DNA of 64,000 nt, taken from a virus (taxonomy: Duplodnaviria > Caudoviricetes). The notes beneath the pieces were generated by a model. That model saw only the letters and a list, made by a program, of their open reading frames with translations. It searched no databases and was not told the DNA's origin. Below are positions 30,247 to 39,767 of this stretch, in pieces. The position numbers were made by a program, and so were the translations under genes. The DNA lies in IMG/VR virus record IMGVR_UViG_3300031993_000004, positions 128,001 through 192,000 of that record. One strand, given 5' to 3'. The stretch's first letter is position 1. Every line of letters starts with the position of its first letter.

Positions 30247-32583
30247 ATGGGTATGATGATGAAAGACGACAAAATGGATATCATCACAAATGATATCGAA
30301 CGCATCCGAAAACGACCAACAATGATCGTTGGTTTTGTTGGATCGAAAGGTATTCTGCATTTGTGTAAAGAGATCATAAACAACAATGCTGACGAGTGTT
30401 TCAAGAAAGAATCACCTGGTAATACGATTCGAATTGAAATCACTCCATCTTATATTATATCAGAGGATAATGGACGCGGTCTCCCGACAAATCTTCTGCG
30501 AACAATTCATGAGACGTCCCAGGCTGGTTCTAATATGACACGTGCACACGGTGCATCTGCTGGTGAAAATGGAATTGGCACAACTGCATTCACTGCGTTG
30601 TCTAGTGAATTGATCGTCACAACGTTTCGTCCACAAGAAAAGAAGAAACTGACGATTCATTACAAAGAAGGCAAACTGGTTGAAGAGATCTTGGAGGATT
30701 ACAAGGGAAAGGAGCATGGTCTCCGCACATTCTTCAAACCGTCCAAGAAGATCATGAATGAATCAGAGATCCCGGTTGATGATCTGGTTGCATGGATCAA
30801 AGGTTTCGAGTATACGCTGGATCCTGCCATAAAGGTATTCTATACTGTCAATGGCGAAGAGCATCAACTTGAGCACAAAACAATTGACCGGTATTTCCGT
30901 GAAGTGATTCCGGATGATAAGTTCATGTCAACTCCGATTCGGATTGAGTGTGATGAAGGAAAACTTCCCGAAACTGTCCAAGGTGTCACATATTCGCGCA
31001 TGTTCAAGATTGATGCGGCCTTTATGTATGCAACTCCAGACTATCGCGGAGAAGATTTGCGTCAATCGTGGATGAATATGATTCAGACTGCTGAAGGCGG
31101 TTCGCATGTCAACGGTGTTGTGAACGGTCTGATCAAATATCTGACGGAACGTGTTATCGCAAAGAAGAAAGGTCTCGAGGATGATGACCTTCGTCGTGAT
31201 ATTCTGATGCATCTGAATGTTGCTGTAAAGGCAGAATGTGACTTTGCGAATATCTTTGCATCACAGGAGAAATCCAAAGTTGATTCCAGAGCACTTGCAA
31301 CCGCGATTTCGAATGCAGTGTATCAGAAGTTGTGTGACATGAATCAGACGAAGCTTGCTGATTTCGTTGATATTGTCATTCAGAATAATCGTGTTCGAAA
31401 AGAAGGAGAAAAAGTCCGTAATATTTCGGCTGAATCCAAGAAGAAACAATGGTCGAAACCTGACTCATATCTACCATGTGCTTCTGTGAAAACGCCGCAA
31501 CCGAAAGAGCTGTTCACCGTTGAGGGTAACTCTGCAGCGAGTGGTATCAATAGTGCACGAAATGCAACGTTCCAAGCTGTTCTGCTGTTCAGAGGTAAAT
31601 CTCCGAATGTTTGGGATCTGACGCTGGAGGAAGCATTGCGTTCAAATGTATGGCGCGATCTTGTCATCGTGCTCGGATGTGGAATTGGTTCAACGTTTGA
31701 CATCAAGAAACTGAATTTCGATAAGATCATTATCGCAACGGATGCTGACGTTGATGGATATCATATCCGTGTTGAGATCTGCACATTCTTCCTGAAGTTC
31801 TATCCGGAGATTATCGCAGCAGGTAAGCTGTATATCGCAGAACCGCCGCTGTACAAACTTGCGGTTGGGAAGCAGATCTCATATGTCGCAACACAGACGG
31901 AGTATATCAACGAATGCATCCGTTCTGTTGGTAACGTTCAGCTGCATTTTCCAGAAGGCGTTGTTGCGGATTCTACCGGAAAGAGATTTATCGAGGAAGC
32001 ATTCACATATCTTGCGGATTTGACAGATGTGTCGGAACACCTGTCTGTCAATCGTTATCTGCTCGAGCATATTGCACATGGCATGATGATCTCTGGTTCC
32101 ACAGATCAGTTCATTGAAGATATCGTGGATTGGCTGCGTTCTCTTGTTAAGATATTCCCAGAACTGGGATATGACGAGAAATCCCATCAGATCTTTGCAA
32201 CAATTGATCTGACCGACCAGGTGGTTGTTGTAGATGAATCGTTGTACAAGCGTCTTGTTCCAATCATCCAGATTCAGCAGAAATATGGTATGATTGTTCA
32301 GTATGACACAACAACTTGCACGCTTGCTAGATTCTTTGAAGAAATTCAAAGAAAGTATCCAGTAATCAAAGACCGTTACAAAGGTCTTGCGACGTCTGAT
32401 CCGAGAGTGCTTCGTGAAATTGTCACGGATCCAAGAACAAGACATATCTTCCGAGTCGATGCGTCTGATATCAACACCATGAAGACATACGACATGCTTG
32501 TTGGTAAAGGAAAAGAAGCTGTGAAGGCTCGTAAAGAAATGATAATGAATTTCCAATGGAAGCCATCCGATATAGATACATAA
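30247..32583 (+). CDS. gyrB: Type IIA topoisomerase B subunit (GyrB-like)
   Basis: IRKRPTMIVG, GHKL motifs EIINNNADE, EDNGRGLP and GENGIG, EGGSHVNG, TOPRIM motifs VEGNSA and ATDADVDGYHI, PPLY and RYKGL. Confidence 0.93.
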   Translation: MGMMMKDDKMDIITNDIERIRKRPTMIVGFVGSKGILHLCKEIINNNADECFKKESPGNTIRIEITPSYIISEDNGRGLPTNLLRTIHETSQAGSNMTRAHGASAGENGIGTTAFTALSSELIVTTFRPQEKKKLTIHYKEGKLVEEILEDYKGKEHGLRTFFKPSKKIMNESEIPVDDLVAWIKGFEYTLDPAIKVFYTVNGEEHQLEHKTIDRYFREVIPDDKFMSTPIRIECDEGKLPETVQGVTYSRMFKIDAAFMYATPDYRGEDLRQSWMNMIQTAEGGSHVNGVVNGLIKYLTERVIAKKKGLEDDDLRRDILMHLNVAVKAECDFANIFASQEKSKVDSRALATAISNAVYQKLCDMNQTKLADFVDIVIQNNRVRKEGEKVRNISAESKKKQWSKPDSYLPCASVKTPQPKELFTVEGNSAASGINSARNATFQAVLLFRGKSPNVWDLTLEEALRSNVWRDLVIVLGCGIGSTFDIKKLNFDKIIIATDADVDGYHIRVEICTFFLKFYPEIIAAGKLYIAEPPLYKLAVGKQISYVATQTEYINECIRSVGNVQLHFPEGVVADSTGKRFIEEAFTYLADLTDVSEHLSVNRYLLEHIAHGMMISGSTDQFIEDIVDWLRSLVKIFPELGYDEKSHQIFATIDLTDQVVVVDESLYKRLVPIIQIQQKYGMIVQYDTTTCTLARFFEEIQRKYPVIKDRYKGLATSDPRVLREIVTDPRTRHIFRVDASDINTMKTYDMLVGKGKEAVKARKEMIMNFQWKPSDIDT

Positions 32584-32596
32584 GGGAGGAATACAC

Positions 32597-34612
32597 ATGC
32601 CGACCACATATGATTGGATTACAAGGCCAAAGTATGAACTGTTTGATGATCTCAATGCACTGGATGAGATCACTGATCCCCAGCAAGTAGTCGACTTGCT
32701 GGGTGATCCTGTTGTTCTGGAACGTTATCGGACAGATACCAGATTCGATTATCTGATGAACAGAACTGTTGGTATCGCAGAACTGTGCTGGAATAATCGG
32801 ACACCCGACGGCGAGAAGCTCCAGAAAACGAATATCCGTGTGAAGAAACTGATCGAAGATGGCGATGATAAGATCAGAGTTCTTCCGCTGAACCGCTTTA
32901 TGTATGTCCTGTCTCTGCTGCGTCCAATTATGGATTTCGTCGAAGATTTCAATCTCGACGAATTCATGTTGACATCGTATCTGACAAACAAACTTCGTGT
33001 ACAATTCCAGGATAAGATTGTGCGTGAACTGCAACGTCACGGCACTTCGATTAAAGACATCAACGAACGCATGGCTCGAATGTCGCTCGACTGGAAAATG
33101 ATGATGATCGATTTTGCTAAAGCCGACATGCAGATTTATACCGCAGAGAATCTGTTCCTTGATCATTATCGGGATTCTGAAGAAATCCGTGAAATCAATA
33201 ACACGGAATATCCAAGTGACATGCAGACTGCTGACATCGTTGAAGAGAATGCACGGCGTTACAAGATTCTGGAAGGAATCATGGTTGCGCGGCACAATCC
33301 ATTCTTCGAGAATAACAAGTATACGAAGCTTGTTAAGGATAAACAAATGGAAGAATTGTTTATCAATTTCTCTCAGATCCCGGATGGTCGTAATATCATC
33401 CCTGTTATTATGAATGGCAATGGCTTCCGTGCAGGTTATCATGCATTACCGGTATTCTATACAGGTGCAATTGCAGCACGTGTCCCTGACATCATGAACA
33501 AAGACTACATGGGTCAAGCGGGTTACTTCAATAGAAATCTGATGATGCTTGCATATGGAACGATTTCTCCAACCGTATATGACTGCGGTTCTAAGAATCC
33601 AATCCCAGTGACTGTCGATGAAACAATTCTCGAGATGTTTGATGGAAGATACTTCTATGAAGAAAAGAACAATGGTGTGCTCAAAGTTCTTCATAAAGGT
33701 GACAAGCACAGACTTGGCCAGAAACTGTGGTTCCGATCTCCGTGTACATGCAATCTGAATGAAGATTGTTGCCACATCTGCTATGGTCAACGTGCGCTGA
33801 AAGTTGCTGATCTGGTCGGCGGTTTCATCTATACGACAGAACTGATGACATCTCGTGTATCACAGAATATTTTGTCAGCAAAGCATCTGCTGAAATCAAA
33901 CGCTGAGAAGATTGTTTACTCTTCGAACTTCGACAAATACTTCGTTGTCGATATGTCGACGATCATTCCGCGTGATGAAAAGCGTTTTGACATTTATATC
34001 CGTGAGGATTATCTCGACAATATCTCAGAGCAATTCACATGCTACATCGGAAAAGATCTGATACCGGTGACGATTTCAAATTATGCATCAATCTCGATTC
34101 CGGATACGATTCTGGATAAATGCAAAGATGTTGTCATCGATGATGTGACATATTACAAGATTACGTCGCACAAGATTCTTGATGCAGGCGGACAGTTTGC
34201 GTATGTCATTCCGATCAATATCATGATGACAAAGCGCTACATGGACATCATGAAGCTATTCGAGTCCGACATTACCCGTTTCGCAACCATTGAGGATGCC
34301 GTTGTTGCATTGGCAAAGATGCTGCATGGTCTGATTCCGATTCTGTCCACGCATGGAGAAATCCTGATTGGTCATCTTGTGCGCCGGTTGGATAACAAAC
34401 TCTTGCGGCCTGACTGGACTGTTGAAAATCAGGAGTATCAGATCATGCGTCTGAAAACTGTGCTTCAGAACATTGAAGCATTCTCGACAGCGATGTCATT
34501 CGAGCAAACGAAACATCATCTGTATCACGACATCTTCGACAAACGTAATGCGACGAATCGTGTTGGTCCGCGTAGTTTTGTTGACTACATGTTTGGCCAG
34601 GAGAATATGTGA
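32597..34612 (+). CDS. RNA polymerase beta' subunit, C-terminal half (probably non-virion RNAP)
   Basis: Bridge-helix-like AGYFNRNL, DCGS, Zn site RSPCTC...CCHICYG and trigger-loop-like QNILSAKH. Confidence 0.88.
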   Translation: MPTTYDWITRPKYELFDDLNALDEITDPQQVVDLLGDPVVLERYRTDTRFDYLMNRTVGIAELCWNNRTPDGEKLQKTNIRVKKLIEDGDDKIRVLPLNRFMYVLSLLRPIMDFVEDFNLDEFMLTSYLTNKLRVQFQDKIVRELQRHGTSIKDINERMARMSLDWKMMMIDFAKADMQIYTAENLFLDHYRDSEEIREINNTEYPSDMQTADIVEENARRYKILEGIMVARHNPFFENNKYTKLVKDKQMEELFINFSQIPDGRNIIPVIMNGNGFRAGYHALPVFYTGAIAARVPDIMNKDYMGQAGYFNRNLMMLAYGTISPTVYDCGSKNPIPVTVDETILEMFDGRYFYEEKNNGVLKVLHKGDKHRLGQKLWFRSPCTCNLNEDCCHICYGQRALKVADLVGGFIYTTELMTSRVSQNILSAKHLLKSNAEKIVYSSNFDKYFVVDMSTIIPRDEKRFDIYIREDYLDNISEQFTCYIGKDLIPVTISNYASISIPDTILDKCKDVVIDDVTYYKITSHKILDAGGQFAYVIPINIMMTKRYMDIMKLFESDITRFATIEDAVVALAKMLHGLIPILSTHGEILIGHLVRRLDNKLLRPDWTVENQEYQIMRLKTVLQNIEAFSTAMSFEQTKHHLYHDIFDKRNATNRVGPRSFVDYMFGQENM

Positions 34613-34620
34613 GGTGTTCT

Positions 34621-35676
34621 ATGAATCAAGTTTCAAGTGGTCCGATTACTGGAACGCTGAAAGCGCGTTACAAAGTGATCTCCACAATTCTCGGAGAGTT
34701 GTATGATGCTCCGAATGGAATTGATATCTTCATCGACTTTGACACCTTCATCAAATCATTGTCCACATACCAAAAGTATCTGAACTATCTTCCGTTCTCT
34801 GGTGCAGAAGCGGAAGTTGAGGTGGATTTAATGTCGTCATTCTTGACGACATTAAACCACTGGAAGAACTTTGCAAAGAAATGGGACCATGTCCGTGTCA
34901 TAGGAATCATGAATTCCTTCGAGATGAAGAATCCTGCTGAACGGAAGCAGTTGAAGACATATCTTGTTCCGTATGAAAACAAACTGAAGAACGACAAATA
35001 TGTTCAATTCAAGTACTATGTGTCAGAATCGGTTAAGAAGGTTCAGGTCATTCTGAAATACGTTCCGAATATGTATCTGATTACATCCGACGAATTCGAT
35101 TCGTTGGTCATTCCGAATATTTTGGATGACTATGCGAAGAGCGGACGGAAACGGATCATCATTACTGGCAATCCTCTAATGACCGGATATCATATGATGC
35201 CGAATACGAAAGTCATCTATTCCAAGTTCAGACGAAACGGATCTCAGCAAATCGCAGATCCTGTTCAAATCGTACAAGCAATTTCAAAAGTTGATGAAGA
35301 CGATACTGTTGTGGAATTCACAAAGAATCCTGTATTCTATAATCTCCTCAATGTTATTGTTGGAGATTTTGATCGGGGTATTCTTGGATTAACACAACTT
35401 GGAATCACAACTTTTGCGTACAATCTGCTACGAGGCGTTGAACAAGGAAAGATTCGAAATGATCCCAAGAGTGTCGAATCCGTGCTTCCTGTAATTGATA
35501 AGGTGTATCATCCATACGTGTTACAGAATTATCCGCTCGTCGATCTGGAAGCACATACAAAGATGATTCCGCAATCCGCAATTCAGAATATGAAAGCGAC
35601 AATGATTGACATGGTCGACATTGATGGATTGCAGAAATACAGCATTGACGGTTTGAATCTGTTGGAACTGTTGTGA
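34621..35676 (+). CDS. Putative 5'-3' exonuclease/FEN (PIN plus H3TH) fold protein, degenerate
   Basis: IFIDFD, EFDSLV, IIITGN and an H3TH-like VGDFDRGILGLTQLGITT. RBS GAGGTG. Confidence 0.45.
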   Translation: MNQVSSGPITGTLKARYKVISTILGELYDAPNGIDIFIDFDTFIKSLSTYQKYLNYLPFSGAEAEVEVDLMSSFLTTLNHWKNFAKKWDHVRVIGIMNSFEMKNPAERKQLKTYLVPYENKLKNDKYVQFKYYVSESVKKVQVILKYVPNMYLITSDEFDSLVIPNILDDYAKSGRKRIIITGNPLMTGYHMMPNTKVIYSKFRRNGSQQIADPVQIVQAISKVDEDDTVVEFTKNPVFYNLLNVIVGDFDRGILGLTQLGITTFAYNLLRGVEQGKIRNDPKSVESVLPVIDKVYHPYVLQNYPLVDLEAHTKMIPQSAIQNMKATMIDMVDIDGLQKYSIDGLNLLELL

Positions 35677-35677
35677 T

Positions 35678-35711
35678 ATCATGGGGGCGATGCCCCCATG
35701 ATTTATTTTTT
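35678..35711 (+). terminator. Intrinsic terminator
   Basis: ATCATGGGGGC-gat-GCCCCCATGAT plus a T tract. Confidence 0.85.
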
Positions 35712-35720
35712 CTTCATATG

Positions 35721-35735
35721 TATATTATTAACATG
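35721..35735 (+). promoter_or_regulatory. Early-type promoter
   Basis: TATATTAT-taacat-G immediately after the terminator. Confidence 0.7.
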
Positions 35736-35786
35736 ACAAAGCACGGAAGACTTTGCCAAATATTTTGTCGAAAAGGAGAATTAACT

Positions 35787-36230
35787 ATGAGCGAAGAAAT
35801 TTCTGAGCGGATCTCTGCTATGCAAGCTCAAAGCAAAAAGTACGCGGAACGCATGATCGAATTGAAAAAGGAGATCGCGGACGCGGAAAACGAAATCAGA
35901 TTCTATTGCACAGTCTGTGGGGTGGATCCTGATGCATTTCTCTCATTGGATATGGCACGAGTTGAATCCGCAATGTGTGCCATTCCGGATGATGACAACA
36001 AATTGAATTTGGTGCAGAGTACACTGAAATTCTGCGAAGGCCACAAAGCCATTGATGCACTGCGAAACGAAGTACTTGAATTCCAACGTGGTGTTCAGGA
36101 ACTGTCTGCAGCCTCCCGCAGAAACGTCATTGAAAAATATGGCGAAGAGGCGGCAAACTTCGTTGAAGCTCTGGTAGACCTTATCGGGCCGAAGAGCCTC
36201 GAAGAAATTGCCAAGGAGGGCTGTGTATGA
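35787..36230 (+). CDS. Hypothetical coiled-coil protein (147 aa)
   Basis: RBS AAAGGAG before ATG 35787. Confidence 0.8.
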   Translation: MSEEISERISAMQAQSKKYAERMIELKKEIADAENEIRFYCTVCGVDPDAFLSLDMARVESAMCAIPDDDNKLNLVQSTLKFCEGHKAIDALRNEVLEFQRGVQELSAASRRNVIEKYGEEAANFVEALVDLIGPKSLEEIAKEGCV

Positions 36231-37450
36231 ACGCCATTGGACGAGTTGTATCAAATGCGGTCTCGACAGTTCTGTCTGAACCAATGAAGATGCTCCAGAA
36301 TACAATCAACGGATTGATGTGGTATACTATTGATGTTTCAACGTGGCGTTGGAATATCAAACAGGATATCATCATCAAGCATTTCCCACACATTCCCACG
36401 GAAATTGGTGTTGATATGTTCTGGACGGACACGATGGAAGCCGTCAATGGAAAAATGGTCGACAAACACTACAACAGATCTGTTGACTATGCCAAGATTC
36501 CTGGTAAGAGAATCGATGCGTGTGTCTTCGAAGGCACAACGATCTGGTTAGAATATGAGTGTAATCCGAGGGACAACAATTCTGATGGAAACTATCGGTT
36601 GACAATGGCCCTCAAGGTTCTCTACACAAAGAAGAACACTGAGACACTTCATAGATTCATCAGGATGATTGTAAGAGAATCAAAAGCCATTGAGGCGTAT
36701 GAATCGAAATTCATATACCGGAAAGTTCGTGGTAATTATTCTACAGAATGTCCGGGCAGACCGACCAGAAGTTTTGACAACGTGTTCATTCCGGACGCAC
36801 AGCAACAGCAACTGATCAATGGCATTAAGAAATTCTGTGCTGCTGAAAAATGGTACAAAGACCATTGCATTCCGTATCACTACGGGATTATGTTGCATGG
36901 CAATCCCGGAACAGGAAAATCGTCTGTTGTGCAGGCAATCATCAACATGATTGACTGTGATGTATTCTTCATTCCTTCAGACGGTTTATCCGAAGCCGTT
37001 GTCAACGAAGAGTGGTTACGATTCGCGTCAAAAGACAGGATGCGGGTCGTCATCGTCGAAGATGTTGACACCGTTCGATTCACACTGGACAGATCGAATG
37101 ATCATGACGAAAACGCATTTCGCGCAACTACAAAAGTTGCAACGATTGGTACGTTCTTGAACATGGTCGATGGATTTGCAAATCACGAAAAAGTGATTTA
37201 CATTTTCACGACAAATCATATCGATCGACTCGATCCGGCTTTGATCAGACCGGGACGGATTGACCTCTGTCTCGAAATTGATTATGTGAATGCCGAGACG
37301 TTTAGAAAGTTCTGTAAATTCCATTACGGAACTGCACCTGAAGGAACCGTTAACTTGCGCAGACATCTGACATTTGCAGAGTTGCAAGTAAAGGTTATGG
37401 AGGGATACACAATGGACCAGCTGGTTCAATATGTCAGAGGAGGAAAATAA
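36227..37450 (+). CDS. BCS1-like AAA+ ATPase
   Basis: RSFDNVFI...KFCAAEKWYKDHCIPYHYGIMLHGNPGTGKSS, Walker B IVEDVD, FLNMVDG and SRH FTTNHIDRLDPALIRPGRID. Confidence 0.88.
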   Translation: MNAIGRVVSNAVSTVLSEPMKMLQNTINGLMWYTIDVSTWRWNIKQDIIIKHFPHIPTEIGVDMFWTDTMEAVNGKMVDKHYNRSVDYAKIPGKRIDACVFEGTTIWLEYECNPRDNNSDGNYRLTMALKVLYTKKNTETLHRFIRMIVRESKAIEAYESKFIYRKVRGNYSTECPGRPTRSFDNVFIPDAQQQQLINGIKKFCAAEKWYKDHCIPYHYGIMLHGNPGTGKSSVVQAIINMIDCDVFFIPSDGLSEAVVNEEWLRFASKDRMRVVIVEDVDTVRFTLDRSNDHDENAFRATTKVATIGTFLNMVDGFANHEKVIYIFTTNHIDRLDPALIRPGRIDLCLEIDYVNAETFRKFCKFHYGTAPEGTVNLRRHLTFAELQVKVMEGYTMDQLVQYVRGGK

Positions 37451-37451
37451 A

Positions 37452-38069
37452 ATGGCAAGGAAAAAAGACCCGGCCAATGAACCGAATGCATTTGAGATCT
37501 TTAATAATCCCGATAATGTGGAAAGCCCTGCAGAAGCACTGGGGAAGTTGCTGGCTCGAGGTGCCGAGCCGGAACCTGATACAAACGTGCAGCCGTTGTA
37601 CGGTTGTCCTATTCCGTCGGATCAGCAACCGCAGCCGCCGCAAATCAACTGGCCGAAGCTGCCGCAATTTAATCAAGGCGTCATTCCTAACAACAATTAC
37701 AGGATCGGTATCGGTAAACCGCCTGTTGGGCCAGTATACGCATCAGCGGGATTCCCAATGTGCGAATCCATTTCGACTCCATTCAACCCCATCGCATCAA
37801 TTATACCAGATGTGAAACACATGCAGTTTAACCTGAGATCGTTCCGGGTTGGCGAAGCCTACCATATCATTCGAACTGATCGGAATCTTGGAGGAAAAAT
37901 TTCGGAGACTGACGCATTACTGCAGAATGCGTCACCGACCAAGCTTACATTCCTGATTACTCGAGATGGTGGTCGAATCGATTCGATCAATATCACTATC
38001 GAAGATATGATACTGACAATGGCTGATCTGGACAAACCGTATATCCAGATCTATTATAAGCACATTTGA
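37452..38069 (+). CDS. Hypothetical protein, Pro-rich N-half (205 aa)
   Basis: RBS GAGGAGG, within the operon. Confidence 0.78.
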   Translation: MARKKDPANEPNAFEIFNNPDNVESPAEALGKLLARGAEPEPDTNVQPLYGCPIPSDQQPQPPQINWPKLPQFNQGVIPNNNYRIGIGKPPVGPVYASAGFPMCESISTPFNPIASIIPDVKHMQFNLRSFRVGEAYHIIRTDRNLGGKISETDALLQNASPTKLTFLITRDGGRIDSINITIEDMILTMADLDKPYIQIYYKHI

Positions 38070-38092
38070 TAGAAATAGAAAGGAAGCACAAA

Positions 38093-38839
38093 ATGAAAGT
38101 GAAAGAAATGAAACCTGACTGGTTCAGTGTAGAAATGCTGAAAAAGTGGGGCGTACAGATCATCAAACGCCCCGATTATTATGATGGCAGAAACCGTTGC
38201 GTTACTGTCATCATTGATGAAACCGTGCCCGCCGATACAGTTGTATTCGAAAATGGCATCACATTTAGAATGTCAACTGTTGCGCTTGACGATGTTGTCG
38301 ATAATATTTCGGTGGCATTGTCATCTGATTTCGTAAAAGCTTTCGTCGATGCAGTCAATGCATATGCAAAATGGAACGTCGTTCTGATCAGAAAGGTTCC
38401 TGGTACAAAATGGCTGAAAGATGCAATTGATCGAATTGACTTTATGCTCGAAATGTATAAGGTCGACATGAAGCATTTCAGCCATCTTGACTGGATGAGA
38501 TGCTGCGCGCATTTCGGTGGTGCAGATGCATTTCGTCAGCTTGTTACAGATGCAATCGCTTACAAGAGCGATGAGTTGTTCTCACTCTGTATGATTTGCA
38601 AAAATTGCAAGTGTGATCATGGACGACGCACTTGCAAAAAGGTATACGTTCCCGTTGACGAGGATGGTGAAGGAATACAGTCCCTGCGGAGAATGGATGA
38701 CGATCAACCCATTTCGAATGCTATCTCCGATATTCTTCCGACATTTCAGCAACGAGAACAATGTGCCCATTTTGTAAAGAACCAGACAAGAATAATCGAC
38801 GCAGTCACGAAATTCCGTGACGCAAGAAAGGAACGGTGA
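38093..38839 (+). CDS. Hypothetical protein with Cys cluster (248 aa)
   Basis: RBS AAAGGA. CMICKNCKCDH...C...CAHF may be a metal site. Confidence 0.78.
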   Translation: MKVKEMKPDWFSVEMLKKWGVQIIKRPDYYDGRNRCVTVIIDETVPADTVVFENGITFRMSTVALDDVVDNISVALSSDFVKAFVDAVNAYAKWNVVLIRKVPGTKWLKDAIDRIDFMLEMYKVDMKHFSHLDWMRCCAHFGGADAFRQLVTDAIAYKSDELFSLCMICKNCKCDHGRRTCKKVYVPVDEDGEGIQSLRRMDDDQPISNAISDILPTFQQREQCAHFVKNQTRIIDAVTKFRDARKER

Positions 38840-39018
38840 TCGCAGTGGGCATATTGTATGAAGCAGTGATTGGTGGATTTGACCCGAAAAAATATAAGAC
38901 GGTCGATCGCCAACATCAAACATCTACCGAACCTCGTGGAGACGGGGAGGATCCGCGGGGTTCGAAACATATGGGGGCGAACGGGAGTGGGGAGGCACCC
39001 GTTCGTTCGGGGAGATAA
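38836..39018 (+). CDS. Small hypothetical protein (60 aa)
   Basis: GTGA overlap with the upstream stop, AAGGA RBS, ends at a terminator. Confidence 0.4.
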   Translation: MIAVGILYEAVIGGFDPKKYKTVDRQHQTSTEPRGDGEDPRGSKHMGANGSGEAPVRSGR

Positions 39019-39055
39019 TGCATGGGGGCGCTTCGGCGCCCCCGCATTATTTTTT
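39015..39055 (+). terminator. Intrinsic terminator, cUUCGg loop
   Basis: GGGGGCGC-ttcg-GCGCCCCC with an extension and a T tract. Confidence 0.85.
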
Positions 39056-39073
39056 CTTCTATTATAGTATCGA

Positions 39074-39088
39074 AAAACGACTTCATAA
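39074..39088 (+). promoter_or_regulatory. Late-type promoter motif for the fibre operon
   Basis: AAAACG-acttca-TAA. Confidence 0.5.
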
Positions 39089-39114
39089 CCTTATATGGAA
39101 AGGAGTTGTCAGTC

Positions 39115-39333
39115 ATGGCAGCAAACAATGAAGACATCAGCACCTATCCGTTGACTTATGAGCTTCCGGATGGTGATGTTGTTCAACTTTGTACATGGGA
39201 ATTTGTCCTTGCAAAGTTGACACAATTAATCGATCCATTGGTTCAGCTTCTCACCATTGAGAATCAGGATCTTACCGGTATCAAAAACCGTATCGATGTA
39301 TGGATCGAAGAGCAAAGAGAAGATTCCGAATAA
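39115..39333 (+). CDS. Small hypothetical protein (72 aa)
   Basis: RBS AAAGGAG before ATG 39115. Confidence 0.75.
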   Translation: MAANNEDISTYPLTYELPDGDVVQLCTWEFVLAKLTQLIDPLVQLLTIENQDLTGIKNRIDVWIEEQREDSE

Positions 39334-39345
39334 GGAGGGATTAAA

Positions 39346-39753
39346 ATGGCTACAAGTATGGAACCGATTTTCGAGCAATTGATTGGTGTTATTAGCGCAC
39401 AGCAATCATTGATACATGATATCAAAACAAAGCTGGATGAATTGCAAGTCGGTGCCGGCGGCGGTGGAGGAACCGCATCAATCGAAGACTACCAATCTGG
39501 AAAACTGTATAAGAGAAACATGTTGATCGTTGACACGGATACGGAAACTGTATATCGTGTCCTCGTTCCCGAATATGTTTCGGATACAGTTGAAAACGAT
39601 AAGGCGGCCGGTAAAATCAAGCTGGTCGGATTTGAGAATGCTATCCAGACATTTAACCATGATCCGTCTCAGGAAGAAATCAATGCATTGCCGGATGGGA
39701 CGCTGGTTGGTGTTTATTCTTCGAACGATACACCTTACAATCCAGACACCTAA
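39346..39753 (+). CDS. Hypothetical virion-associated protein (135 aa)
   Basis: RBS AAGGAGG. Coiled coil, Gly linker and a small beta domain (YQSGKLYKRN). Confidence 0.75.
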   Translation: MATSMEPIFEQLIGVISAQQSLIHDIKTKLDELQVGAGGGGGTASIEDYQSGKLYKRNMLIVDTDTETVYRVLVPEYVSDTVENDKAAGKIKLVGFENAIQTFNHDPSQEEINALPDGTLVGVYSSNDTPYNPDT

Positions 39754-39767
39754 TGGGGGTGTAATGA

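Noticed and set aside
38870-39067. Alternative 65-aa ORF at the end of the AAA cassette
   Set aside because: It runs through the terminator and lacks an RBS. The GTGA-coupled 38836..39018 frame fits better.
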